DNA of 64,000 nt. It comes from Candidatus Cloacimonadales bacterium. GTDB taxonomy: Bacteria > Cloacimonadota > Cloacimonadia > Cloacimonadales > DAONDQ01. The translations under genes and the position numbers were made by a program. The stretch lies in NCBI GenBank assembly GCA_963662275.1, contig OY759316.1:416001-480000 (forward strand), read 5' to 3'. Below the pieces are notes generated by a model that did no database searches, was not told the origin of the DNA, and saw nothing but the letters and a program-made list of their open reading frames with translations. The stretch's first letter is position 1. Each line of letters starts with the position of its first letter. Below are positions 49,860 to 60,219 of the stretch, piece after piece.

Positions 49860-50838
49860 CTTGTTCCTTCCGGTTTTCAATATATTGATTGATCCAATGT
49901 GCCACTTCACATCCATCACCGACAGCAGTGGCAACTTGGCGAACCTCTTTTACTTCCACATCACCGGCTGCAAAGATACCCTCGATATTTGTTTGGTGAT
50001 GGGCATCGGTAACAATGAAATCATCCTGCAACGTCAGAATACTCTTAAAGATAGATGTATTTGGTGTCTCTCCAATAAAAATGAAAAGACCGTTGATTTG
50101 AAGCTCTGATTCAGAATGTGAATTCACATTTTCTAACATTAGTTTTCGATTTTCTGCCTTAGTGAAATATATCCCTTTTACTCTCGTATCAAACAGTACA
50201 TTGATCTTCGGATTAGCCTTGACCTTCTCGATCAGCATCGGTTCTGCGGTGAATTTATCCCTCCTGTGGATGATCGTTAATTTCCTGGCATACCGTGCAA
50301 GAAAGAGCGATTCTTGGAGTGCAGAATTTCCTCCACCTACAACTGCCAGTATTTTGTCTGGATACAATGGTCCATCGCAGGTTGCACAGTAGGAAACACC
50401 TCTTCCGAAGTATTCTTTTTCTTCTTTCAAACCTAATTGTTTTGGGGATGCGCCTGTGGTTATCAAAATTGATTTAGCTTTGTAGCTTGAATAATCAGTA
50501 TAAACGGTTTTAATTAGCTCCGTGAAATCAACTTTCGTGACATTTTCCCTTAACACTTGCAATCCATAGAGTTTTGCCTGGTTTTCCATATCGATGGCAA
50601 GCTGTTTGCCAAGAATTGGTTGTGGAAACCCAGGATAGTTCTCTACCCATTCTGTGGTTGCTAATTGTCCGCCACTCATTACCTGTTTCTCAATCATGAG
50701 AGTTTTCAGTCGATAACGGGCAAGATACAACCCGGCAGTCAATCCGGCTGGACCACCACCTACGATAATGACATCATAAAGATCAGCTTTTAGAAATGGT
50801 AAGTCAAGGCTGAGCGTAAAATTAAGTGGTTCAGACAT
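49852..50838 (-). CDS. trxB: Thioredoxin reductase
   Basis: GGGPAG, ENYPG, GVSYCATCDG, GGGNSA, FAAGD. Confidence 0.95.
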   Translation of the reverse strand: MSEPLNFTLSLDLPFLKADLYDVIIVGGGPAGLTAGLYLARYRLKTLMIEKQVMSGGQLATTEWVENYPGFPQPILGKQLAIDMENQAKLYGLQVLRENVTKVDFTELIKTVYTDYSSYKAKSILITTGASPKQLGLKEEKEYFGRGVSYCATCDGPLYPDKILAVVGGGNSALQESLFLARYARKLTIIHRRDKFTAEPMLIEKVKANPKINVLFDTRVKGIYFTKAENRKLMLENVNSHSESELQINGLFIFIGETPNTSIFKSILTLQDDFIVTDAHHQTNIEGIFAAGDVEVKEVRQVATAVGDGCEVAHWINQYIENRKEQDA

Positions 50839-51475
50839 TCAACGCAACTTTTATCTTATCAATCAGCATTTCTTCCGGTGCAGCACCATCCAGGAAATAA
50901 GTCTCATTAATCACAGTACGCGGAACACCTTCCACTTTGTATTTATTCATCAGGACAGGAAATTCCGAACCCTCGATCATATCAGCAGTCACGAAGTCTG
51001 AATAATACGCCATTTGATGAGCACTCATCACCATCATTGGACAATAGGGACATGTTGGAGAAGTAATCACTTCAATGTGAACAGGTTTATTAAGCGTATC
51101 CAGAAATGCGATGGTACCAAGTGTCAAATGCAGTTCACCCTTGGAAACCAGTAGAGATGATGCCATAAAGGCAGTAAATTCATAACCGGCGGGTATGCCA
51201 AAAAAACGAATTCCGTAATCTTTCTCATTTTTGATTATGATCGCAGGTAGTTTATCGATTTTCAGCGTCTCTGCAAGTTCATTTTCAGATTCCAGTTCAT
51301 GTATCTCCAGTTGTATCTTGGGGGAAAGAGCTGCCATTTCGTTTAATAATTCATGAGTTTCCTTGCATAAACCAGATTCGATTTTTAGTGTAAATAATTC
51401 TAGAGTAATCGGATTTTGCATTAATTCAAGTATCTTCTTCACTTCCTCGCGAGTCTGATCATTTAATAAAGGCAT
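50831..51475 (-). CDS. Protein disulfide oxidoreductase (two thioredoxin folds, PDO/AhpF-NTD-like)
   Basis: GIRFFGIPAGYEF, TCPYCP, GVPRTVIN, GAAPE. Confidence 0.88.
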   Translation of the reverse strand: MPLLNDQTREEVKKILELMQNPITLELFTLKIESGLCKETHELLNEMAALSPKIQLEIHELESENELAETLKIDKLPAIIIKNEKDYGIRFFGIPAGYEFTAFMASSLLVSKGELHLTLGTIAFLDTLNKPVHIEVITSPTCPYCPMMVMSAHQMAYYSDFVTADMIEGSEFPVLMNKYKVEGVPRTVINETYFLDGAAPEEMLIDKIKVALNV

Positions 51476-51510
51476 AATTCCTCCAATTATTTTTTCCTAT
51501 TCAATCATAA

Positions 51511-51635
51511 TGTAGATCATGATACCGATCATGCTAATATTTTTTTACAATTTACTCCAAGAAACTGGATATTTTTTAAAGAAGTAACTAAAAGTATGCT
51601 TTGTGTTTTCAGCATGATTGGCATCATGCTCTACA
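51511..51635. repeat. GTAG-type REP inverted doublet
   Basis: tgtagatcatgataccgatcatgct (51511-51535) versus the reverse complement of 51611-51635, tgtagagcatgatgccaatcatgct. Confidence 0.75.
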
Positions 51636-51640
51636 TCGCT

Positions 51641-52453
51641 TTAAACGCGACTTCGTATTTTAGAAACCAAAGAAAAAAGGAAAAGAACAAATAAGGTCAA
51701 AACAATACTCGAACCAGTCGGAATATTCAGCCAGTAAGAAGTTCCAAATCCTACCAGTGCAGAAATAATGGAACTGCCTAAACTCAAGAATATTGCCAGT
51801 TTCAAGCTCCTGGTTAGATTAAAGGCAACCATCCCTGGTAAAACAAGTTCAGCGGTGATCAGGATAACACCTATTACTTTGACAGAGACAACTATGTTCA
51901 ATGCGATCAGTATAAGGAATGCATAATAAACAGCATCAACAGGGATTCTAAATACGCGTGACATGGATTGATGATAAGTCATATAGAATAATTCTTTGAA
52001 GAGTAAAACTACAAAGAGGGTATTTACGACAAACAGAATTCCTAAATGATAAATGTCTCCTTTCGTTACCAAGAGAACATTTCCAAACAAATAGCTGGAA
52101 AGATCGACGGTATAGTCTTTTGCTAGGGAAATCAGGAGAATGCCAAGTGCCATGGAAACGGACAGGAAAACAGTGGTGATGTTTGTTTCTTCAAGATCAT
52201 AATGTCTGGAAATATAGCCAATGATCAAGGCTACCGCCACGACAAAACATAAAGCAGTCAGGTTCATATGCCAGCCAACAAACAATGCCAGGGCGATTCC
52301 GGCAAAAGAAACATGAGATAAAGCTTCACCCATATATGAGATACGTTTCAGGGATATGAAAGGGGATAATACGGCTGTTGCCAGGGAAGCAAGAATAGCT
52401 CCCCAAAAGGCTTTTACCAGGAAACTTGTATGCAGGAAAGAAATATCTATCAC
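51641..52453 (-). CDS. znuB: Zn/Mn ABC transporter permease (ZnuB-like)
   Basis: MGEALSHVSFAG, YLFGNVL, KVIGVIL. Confidence 0.88.
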   Translation of the reverse strand: MIDISFLHTSFLVKAFWGAILASLATAVLSPFISLKRISYMGEALSHVSFAGIALALFVGWHMNLTALCFVVAVALIIGYISRHYDLEETNITTVFLSVSMALGILLISLAKDYTVDLSSYLFGNVLLVTKGDIYHLGILFVVNTLFVVLLFKELFYMTYHQSMSRVFRIPVDAVYYAFLILIALNIVVSVKVIGVILITAELVLPGMVAFNLTRSLKLAIFLSLGSSIISALVGFGTSYWLNIPTGSSIVLTLFVLFLFSLVSKIRSRV

Positions 52454-52454
52454 A

Positions 52455-53183
52455 TTAATAGCCTTTTTCTATCAGGTGCACAGTGTCACCAAAAGTACGA
52501 TGTAAAAGCTCTGCATTCACTAACTCAGTTCGTGTATGGCAATGCAAGGTTCGATTGAGGCAGATGAGAAACTGACAATAATTACTCAGCATATTTAAGT
52601 CATGCGAAACTGTGACAATTGTTTTTCCTTGCTTATGAAGAACGGAAAGCAGATCAAAGAAACTGGTCACACCATCCTGGTCAACGCTTGCCTCAGGTTC
52701 ATCCAGGAATAGATATTCCGAACCTGTGACCAAGGCACGAGCTAATAAAACTCTTTGGAATTCTCCACCAGAGAGTGTACCAATATAGTTTTTTTTCACG
52801 TGCAGGACACCCACCTGGTCAAGGGCTTCTTCCGCCAACAGATAATCCTGCTTGGTGAATGGATGAAACATACCTCGCATTCCAGCCAAACCCATGAGTG
52901 CAATATCGATGGCACGTGCGGGGAAGTTCTGATCAAATTCTTCATGTTGGGGCAGGTAACCGATGATATTCTGTTTCAGCCAGAGCTTATTATAAATACC
53001 TTCAATCTTGACTTCACCTTCATAATCTGTGATCAGGTTGAGGATGATCTTCAATAGAGTAGATTTTCCTGCTCCATTAGGACCGATAATGGCGACAAAT
53101 TCACCCTTCGGGATTTGAAGTTCAATGTTCTCAAGGATGTATTTATTTTTCTTTCTAAATTGAAGATTGGATATTTCGATCAT
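52455..53183 (-). CDS. znuC: Zn/Mn ABC transporter ATPase (ZnuC-like)
   Basis: GPNGAGKS, GYLPQ, LSGGEFQR, DEP, VSHDL, CLNR..HCH. Confidence 0.88.
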   Translation of the reverse strand: MIEISNLQFRKKNKYILENIELQIPKGEFVAIIGPNGAGKSTLLKIILNLITDYEGEVKIEGIYNKLWLKQNIIGYLPQHEEFDQNFPARAIDIALMGLAGMRGMFHPFTKQDYLLAEEALDQVGVLHVKKNYIGTLSGGEFQRVLLARALVTGSEYLFLDEPEASVDQDGVTSFFDLLSVLHKQGKTIVTVSHDLNMLSNYCQFLICLNRTLHCHTRTELVNAELLHRTFGDTVHLIEKGY

Positions 53184-53212
53184 TCCTTTTTCCCTTATAT
53201 ATGATGTTATTG

Positions 53213-54094
53213 TTAAAATCCCTGCTTCAGTAATTCCCAGTTCTTGAGCAAAAATGCACTGATAGTATTTACATTCAAGGTTGTTCCTATCGGGTCATAT
53301 TTGATAACGGACAACTTATATTCTTTGCCGATGACTTCCGCCGGCTTTGGATTAAACTCCGGTTCAATAAATATCGCATGTACATTATACTGTTTGATCT
53401 TTGCCCCCAAAGCCAGCAATTCCTTTGGGGATGGTTCCTTACCGGGAGAGGATTCAACAGTTCCAATAAGCTTTATAGCATACCTATCATTGAAGTATTT
53501 GAATGAGTCATGAAAGGTTACGATTCCAAGTGTCCTGTATTTTGACCGTTCCATTTGAATCTGCTTATTAGCCTTGGTGATGTCAAGTTCCAGTTGTGCT
53601 AGATTCTGATTGAAAATTTCTTTATGTGAGGGATCTAGTTCTTCTAATCTCAATTCTATCCCTTTGGCAATGAGTACAATCATATCCGGATCTGTCCAAA
53701 GATGCGGATTAAAACTGGTATGTTCCTCCATATCCTGGGTTAGCATGTTTGGAGGGATGAAATCTGCGGAAAAGAGAACTTTGTTCCCAATCTCCTTTAA
53801 ATAGGATATCATGTTTGTTTCCAGGTTTAAGCCATTTGCAATAATCAAATCAGCATCATGTAATTTCTGAACATCCCTCGGAGTGGGGGAATATGTGTGG
53901 GGAGATGCGCTCCCTGGGATAAAAGTTGTCACATCTGCCAGGTTTCCTGCTATTTGCTGTGTTATTAATTGATACGGATAAATCGTGGCAACGATTTGCA
54001 GCTTACCATAACTGGTTTTTTTGGGTGTTGAACAGGCACTTAGAATGACAGCGATTGTTAGAAAAGCAAAGAAATAAAAACTCATTCTATTCAT
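53213..54094 (-). CDS. znuA: Zn/Mn ABC transporter substrate-binding lipoprotein (ZnuA-like)
   Basis: Lipobox LSAC; SPHTY, NPHLWTDP, FHDSFKYF. Confidence 0.88.
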   Translation of the reverse strand: MNRMSFYFFAFLTIAVILSACSTPKKTSYGKLQIVATIYPYQLITQQIAGNLADVTTFIPGSASPHTYSPTPRDVQKLHDADLIIANGLNLETNMISYLKEIGNKVLFSADFIPPNMLTQDMEEHTSFNPHLWTDPDMIVLIAKGIELRLEELDPSHKEIFNQNLAQLELDITKANKQIQMERSKYRTLGIVTFHDSFKYFNDRYAIKLIGTVESSPGKEPSPKELLALGAKIKQYNVHAIFIEPEFNPKPAEVIGKEYKLSVIKYDPIGTTLNVNTISAFLLKNWELLKQGF

Positions 54095-54377
54095 TGTATC
54101 TCCATAATTATTTTATACTTTAATTGAATAATATTCTTTATGAATAATCCAAATTTATTGGCAGGGTGTCAAGAATTTAAATACTATCTGGTTGGGCATT
54201 GTTCATAATGAAGAACATACATTTCTATTAAAAGATAAAATTGGATTCAAACTAAGCTCAAAACACATTTGATAGTCTCATATATGAAACCAACTATATT
54301 CCTACTGCGAGAAGCATGTATGCAGCATATACGCAATTTCTATTAACCTAATTCTTCATGGTATTATTCAACTTGTA

Positions 54378-56126
54378 TTAGATAGGATTAGGTTTATCTA
54401 GTGTTTTTCTGATTTGTTCAACCAAGTTCCTCGTATTATATGGTTTCATGAGGATATTCCTGATACCTAGACTACCGGCTTCTTCAGTTGTTATTTGTTC
54501 GATCATCCCGGTAGCAAGAATAATCGGAATATCCGGTCTGATACCGATGATCCGCTCAGCCAGTTCCATACCGGTTAATCCCGACATTGCAGCATCGGTG
54601 ATGATTAGATCATAAGAGGTAGGATTATTTTCAAAATTTGCTAAGGCTTCCTTACTATCAGTAAAACCTTTCACAAGATATCCTTGTTTGTTTAGATATT
54701 GGCTGGCAATATCAACAAGTCCTGATTCATCATCTACAAAAAGGATACGTTCGGAATTGCCAGTAATTTGAGGTTTAATGGCGAATAATTCATTTTCAAT
54801 AAAGGGTTCAAATCTTGGGAAGAGGATTGTAAATTTAGTTCCTACACCAACTTTACTTTCAACTCGAATCGCTCCCTCATGAGTTTTAACGATATTGCTA
54901 ATAATGGATAATCCCAAACCGGTACTTTCATTATGTGGCTTTGTAGTAAAATAGGAGTCAAAAATATGTTCCAGGACATCAGGTTGAATACCGCATCCCG
55001 AATCAGCAAAAGTCATTTTGTAGCAATGTATGGAAGTTAATTCAGGATAATTACCAATGGTATTTGGGTTAATATCTTCTTTTTCAAGTGTTACATCAAT
55101 TGTTCCACTTGCTAGTTTCATACTATTAGCGGAATTGATGCCTAGATTCATGATGATTTGATGAATTTGACCAGGAACAGCCATGATTTTGTCTTCACAG
55201 AAGCATAATTTATCTGTTATCTTAATAGATCTTGGAATAACAGCTTTGAGTAGTTTTAGGGCTTCCCTGATATTCGTTTGGAGATCGGTAACGATAGCTT
55301 TAGACTCTTCTTTTCGACTATATGCAACTAGTTGTTGAATTACTTCCTTACCTCTATTTGCTGAAAAAAGAATATCCCTCAATTTCGAATATGTAGGGGA
55401 AGAAGTAGGGACATCCTCAACGGCAAGTTCGGTATTACCAATGATGGCACTAAGTATATTGTTAAAATCATGAGCAATGCCACCGACAAAAGATCCTATG
55501 GATTCAAGTTTCTGCATTTGAATCATGCTTTGCTCACGTTCCAATTCCTTGGTAATATCATGACAACCTGCCAGGAGACTTGTAATATTCCCTTTTAAAT
55601 CATATATTGGTGAAACGATAATTTCTACAGTATAATCATGGCAATCCGGATGATGATTTGTAATTCTATCTTTCCAGGTTTTACCGCTAAGTACAGTTAC
55701 CCAGAATATATCTGTTTTTTCTGGTGAGGATGTTGGGGTTGGGATAGAAGTAAAATAACTCCCAATCAGTTTTTCACGGGAGACTCCGCTGATCTTTTCA
55801 TAACTTGCATTGACATATTGGATATGACCTTCTATATTCAGGATGACAACTCCCTCGGAAGATTGTTCAATACCTTGAGCTAAAGAATGGATTTCCTCGT
55901 CCGCTATCTTTTTCTGCATAGCAATGGCATTCACAGATTGAGCAATATAAAAAATGCCCATAATTTCTAAGATAGCACCAATAATAGCCAGAATCCCACC
56001 GATATCATTGTTGACTTCGAAATAGACACCCCTGGGTAGAAGACCCACTACTTTGAGGATAATGAACTGATAGGTAAAAATATATCCACAAATGATATAG
56101 ACTAAAGCTTTCTTAAGCTTATTCAT
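54378..56126 (-). CDS. Hybrid sensor histidine kinase (TM-PAS-HisKA-HATPase-REC)
   Basis: GGIAHDFNN, DSGCGI, YFTTK, TGLGLS, ILFVDDE; probable ATG at 56126 with GGAGG RBS. Confidence 0.92.
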   Translation of the reverse strand: MNKLKKALVYIICGYIFTYQFIILKVVGLLPRGVYFEVNNDIGGILAIIGAILEIMGIFYIAQSVNAIAMQKKIADEEIHSLAQGIEQSSEGVVILNIEGHIQYVNASYEKISGVSREKLIGSYFTSIPTPTSSPEKTDIFWVTVLSGKTWKDRITNHHPDCHDYTVEIIVSPIYDLKGNITSLLAGCHDITKELEREQSMIQMQKLESIGSFVGGIAHDFNNILSAIIGNTELAVEDVPTSSPTYSKLRDILFSANRGKEVIQQLVAYSRKEESKAIVTDLQTNIREALKLLKAVIPRSIKITDKLCFCEDKIMAVPGQIHQIIMNLGINSANSMKLASGTIDVTLEKEDINPNTIGNYPELTSIHCYKMTFADSGCGIQPDVLEHIFDSYFTTKPHNESTGLGLSIISNIVKTHEGAIRVESKVGVGTKFTILFPRFEPFIENELFAIKPQITGNSERILFVDDESGLVDIASQYLNKQGYLVKGFTDSKEALANFENNPTSYDLIITDAAMSGLTGMELAERIIGIRPDIPIILATGMIEQITTEEAGSLGIRNILMKPYNTRNLVEQIRKTLDKPNPI

Positions 56127-56334
56127 GGATCCTCCATATATTAGTTTCAAAATTCATTATTAGAATAAAATGTCTCACTTTGCATGTCAACAAATTTCAC
56201 TCTCCTGTATAATTCCTGGTAATATGTGATATGGAAGGAAGTTAATTGACAAATAGTTGCTGACTGAATTCCATACAAAAAGTACTGTAATTGCATAAGT
56301 AATGAAGATTATTATAAAAGGTAGGCAAAAGGAA

Positions 56335-58023
56335 ATGAAACAGAATAGTCTTTTCATTCTGGCGTTGATTCTTGTAAGTTGTTTATTCTCTCAATCAATT
56401 GATAAAAAGATATCGGATATTGCATTACGAGCAGAAATTAGTGATACTTTAACTGTCATTCAAAAGCCTTTAATTAACATTCCAGCTATCGTGATTCCAG
56501 GGGAGAGCTTAACAATCGAATGTGTTGCACCTCAAACCACAGTTAATTGGACAGCGCAACTCAAAAAAAATACGCATATCGTGGACATGAATATTACAAA
56601 CAGTATATATTCTACAAGCCCACCACGCTGGGTTATTACAGCAACAGTCCCTGCTGTACAGGTTTATGAACTATATGATTTATATGTTACTGCCTCAGGT
56701 GGAATATCGGATAGAACCAAGCATAGTGTTCAAGTTTTACCTTCAAGAAAGACCAGCTATTATTTTGCTCAAGTAACCGATGTTCACTTGCCATCTCCAA
56801 TCTTTTCACCCAATACAGGTTATGATACCGATTCGACTTCAATAAATGATTTTCGCGAAGTAGTAAAAGATCTGAATATCATCAGACCGGAATTTGTTGT
56901 AATTATAGGTGATTACATCAATGAAGGAGAATTGGAAGATTATCAGAATCTTCACTACGTTGCGAAAGGGAAAAGAATCATGGCTGAGTTGGAGGTTCCT
57001 GTCTACTTAATGAGTGGAAATCACGACATTGGTGGATGGACTCAAACACCGCCACCAGCGGGTTCATCTCGCAAATTCTGGTGGAAGTACTTTGGGTGGA
57101 GTTGGTTGAATAATTCGTCAACTTCATGGGCATATCATACCCAGGATTATAGTTTTAATTATGGTTCAACTCATTTCACATGTTTGGAAGGATATCTCAA
57201 TTACGAAGATTACTTGCTGAATATTTATGGAGATCAGAGTTTCACTACTACTCAAATGACTTGGCTACGAAACGATCTGAGTACCTGTAATGCTATGACA
57301 AAAGTTCTTTTATATCATTACGATTTCTCCAGCCAGATAAATCTGTCTACTCTCGGTGTTCAAATGGCTCTTTGGGGACATATGCATAGTAATTCAGGTT
57401 CCATTACATCAACACCATATAATCTAGGACTAAAAAATTGTTCTACAGGCAATAGGGCATATCGGATAGTGAAAGTGAATAATGGAATATTGCAGCCGTT
57501 TGCTCCATGCACAGCAGGTAGTTCAGGCAGTCAAATCAGTATTGCATATTCTCCCAATAATGCTGGAATTGCAGATAGCATCAGAGCTACTTTAGTTAAT
57601 AATCAATCCATCGCTTTTGAAAATTCTTTAGTAAAATTTATTATGCCTCCTGGAAATGCAGAATATGCAGTTTTAAACGGCACGATAGAGCAGGTGGACA
57701 GAACTTCCATTTATAATGTTGTTTATGTGAAAACATCATTATCAGCTAATTCAACGAAATATGTCAGCTTGTGGGTTAATGGCGTAGGATATCCGGAGGA
57801 AATGGATATAACGGTCAATAATTCAAATGAGAATGCGACTATCAGTTGGAATTCATCATGGGGGCATCCACTTGGTTATAGAATATATCGATCCACTACT
57901 TCAAATTTTATTCCGACACCGAATTTATTGATTGGAACTTGTCCTGCAAGCCAGACATCTTATATTGATGTTGGGGTCACACATACAGGTAATTACTTCT
58001 ATCGGGTTGTTTCATATAAATAA
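56335..58023 (+). CDS. Secreted calcineurin-like metallophosphoesterase with C-terminal FN3-like domain
   Basis: TDVH, GDYIN, GNHD, LLYH, GHMH; tail W..GYRIYRS..YID..YFYRV. Confidence 0.85.
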   Translation: MKQNSLFILALILVSCLFSQSIDKKISDIALRAEISDTLTVIQKPLINIPAIVIPGESLTIECVAPQTTVNWTAQLKKNTHIVDMNITNSIYSTSPPRWVITATVPAVQVYELYDLYVTASGGISDRTKHSVQVLPSRKTSYYFAQVTDVHLPSPIFSPNTGYDTDSTSINDFREVVKDLNIIRPEFVVIIGDYINEGELEDYQNLHYVAKGKRIMAELEVPVYLMSGNHDIGGWTQTPPPAGSSRKFWWKYFGWSWLNNSSTSWAYHTQDYSFNYGSTHFTCLEGYLNYEDYLLNIYGDQSFTTTQMTWLRNDLSTCNAMTKVLLYHYDFSSQINLSTLGVQMALWGHMHSNSGSITSTPYNLGLKNCSTGNRAYRIVKVNNGILQPFAPCTAGSSGSQISIAYSPNNAGIADSIRATLVNNQSIAFENSLVKFIMPPGNAEYAVLNGTIEQVDRTSIYNVVYVKTSLSANSTKYVSLWVNGVGYPEEMDITVNNSNENATISWNSSWGHPLGYRIYRSTTSNFIPTPNLLIGTCPASQTSYIDVGVTHTGNYFYRVVSYK

Positions 58024-58287
58024 TACAGTTTTGCCTGTTTGTTGATAAGTATTTAAATAAAAAATAGAGAAATTGTATGAACAAAGTGAATAGAGATTGT
58101 TACTTATTATAACCACTGCTTCAAGAATCATATACGTCTTGTAAACAAGCTTTTACGATGATAGATATCTATATATTTTTAGCCAAAATCAGGTATTTTA
58201 TGCAAGTACGGAAAAAATATCTTGAACGATTTGAGCGTTTCTGCGTTTTTGATTTTCTCAGAGTATGATCTAATTATAGGAGTCGAT

Positions 58288-60084
58288 ATGTTAGAAGACT
58301 TAAGGAAACGGCAAAAGTACGTTATTTGGGTTGTAATCATCGCTTTCGTCGTTGGTATGGGTGTTATGGGCGTAAGCAGCTTGGATTTCTTCAAACAAAA
58401 GAATGTCGTAGGTAGCGTGAATGGGAAAAAAATCACCTATCCCGAATATGAGAAGTTGCTGCAAAATGCAATTCAGAACTACATGCAGGGTAATCCTGAT
58501 GTTGAGTTGACTGAAGAAACCATACAATCAATCAATGATCAGACTTGGGATCGCTATGTGATGCGAACTTTATTAGATAAACAGTTAAAGAAATACCATG
58601 TTACTGTAACAGATAAAGAAATATTGGATAAGATGAAGAATAGTCCACCGGATGATGTCAAAGGAAGCCAGTATTTCCAGACAAATGGTCAGTTTGATTA
58701 TCAGAAGTATTTATCAGCACTCACCAGTAATGAACAATTCGCAGCAGCTATTGAACAGAATGTTCGTGAAGGTCTTCCCTATGAAAAACTTGTTAAAGTG
58801 ATTAAAGCTCAGGTCAAGATTGCTCCTGATAGTGTACGTCGCGAATATACCAATAACAATAATTCGGCTGATGCACAGATTATTTTCTTTGATAATCAGA
58901 AAGCAGGTAATTTTGAAGTATCTGATGCTGAAATCAAGACATATTACGAAAAGAATAAAGAAATCGAATTCAAACGCAAACCAGCTTCTAAAATTCGCTT
59001 TATCCAATTGAACCTTGAACCGAGTAATGAAGATTTTAATTCCACCAAACGTGATATTAATGACGTTTATGAGCGAATCAATGCAGGTGAGGATTTTGCC
59101 AAACTCGCAGCAGAATTTTCCCAGGATCCGGGAAGTAAACAGAACGGTGGAGATTTAGGCTTCTTTAAACAAGGACAAATGGTTCCTGAATTTGATAAAG
59201 TGGCTTTTAGTTTAGAAATCGGTCAAATTTCTCAACCTTTCAAAACCAGCTTTGGCTGGCATATTATGAAAGTGACGGAAAAACGTGTTGATGATAAAGG
59301 TGTTCCTGAAGTTAAAGCCAGTCATATTCTCCTCAAGGTGAAAGCAAGCCAGACAACAAAAGATGAATTGCAGGTAAAGGCTGATGCTATTCGTAAATTG
59401 ATTAAGAAAAATGGAATTGAAGCTGCTGCTAAGAAATACAAAGTGGAAGCTCCCGAATCAGATGAAATTGCTAAGGATGCCAAATATCTGCCATATATAG
59501 GTAAAAATGATAAGTTACTTGCTTGGGCTAAAAAAGCTCGTTTACATTCTATTTCTGAAGTAGTTCATACACCACAAGGCGCGCTTGTCATTGCACAGAT
59601 CTCTTATAAAGCAGGTGATCATTATGCCGTTATGAACGATCTCCTGAAATCACAAATCAAAGCTTCTGTAGTGAAGGAAAAACAACTTGTCGCAATGGAA
59701 AAGAAAGCCAAAGAATTCATGGCAATGTACAAACCGGATCAGTATCTGGCAATGGCAACAAAGGAAGGAATTCAAATCATTGATGCCAAAAGTGTCAAAT
59801 TATACCAGGGTATGCCGACGATTGGTACTCAACCTGAGTTGACAAAAGATATTTTGAAAACAAATCCAAATCAGTTCACACCTCTGGTAAAAGGAAAGGA
59901 AGGTTTATTCCTGGCTTTTGTCACTAGCAGGATGATGCCTGATATGAAAGCATTCGATTCCCAGAAGGAAAGTCTTTTGAAGAATATGCAGAATCGTGAA
60001 GAAGAAGCATATACGAATAAGTGGTATACAGACCTGAAAGAAAATGCAGTTATCATTGATAACCGTGCAGAATTCAGTTTCTAA
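58288..60084 (+). CDS. PpiD/SurA-like peptidyl-prolyl isomerase
   Basis: N-terminal TM, Sur[36 protein letters not shown]. Confidence 0.9.
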   Translation: MLEDLRKRQKYVIWVVIIAFVVGMGVMGVSSLDFFKQKNVVGSVNGKKITYPEYEKLLQNAIQNYMQGNPDVELTEETIQSINDQTWDRYVMRTLLDKQLKKYHVTVTDKEILDKMKNSPPDDVKGSQYFQTNGQFDYQKYLSALTSNEQFAAAIEQNVREGLPYEKLVKVIKAQVKIAPDSVRREYTNNNNSADAQIIFFDNQKAGNFEVSDAEIKTYYEKNKEIEFKRKPASKIRFIQLNLEPSNEDFNSTKRDINDVYERINAGEDFAKLAAEFSQDPGSKQNGGDLGFFKQGQMVPEFDKVAFSLEIGQISQPFKTSFGWHIMKVTEKRVDDKGVPEVKASHILLKVKASQTTKDELQVKADAIRKLIKKNGIEAAAKKYKVEAPESDEIAKDAKYLPYIGKNDKLLAWAKKARLHSISEVVHTPQGALVIAQISYKAGDHYAVMNDLLKSQIKASVVKEKQLVAMEKKAKEFMAMYKPDQYLAMATKEGIQIIDAKSVKLYQGMPTIGTQPELTKDILKTNPNQFTPLVKGKEGLFLAFVTSRMMPDMKAFDSQKESLLKNMQNREEEAYTNKWYTDLKENAVIIDNRAEFSF

Positions 60085-60099
60085 TAAATAATCATAGAC

Positions 60100-60128
60100 A
60101 AAAAGCCGATGGTAACATCGGCTTTTTT
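60100..60128 (+). terminator. Rho-independent terminator
   Basis: aaaaagccgatg-gtaa-catcggc-tttttt after the PPIase gene. Confidence 0.85.
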
Positions 60129-60219
60129 CTTCATACAGCCCAACAGGAGATAATATGAGTAAAATAACTTCTAATCAATCATGTGGCATAAGATTCCTAT
60201 CTTATGGAAGTGAGATAAT

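Noticed and set aside
51360..51385. Selenocysteine in the PDO N-terminal motif
   Set aside because: The codon is TCT (Ser); there is no in-frame TGA.
54095..54180. Zur/Fur box upstream of the znuA-like gene
   Set aside because: The region is very AT-rich and I could not pick out a convincing palindrome above background.
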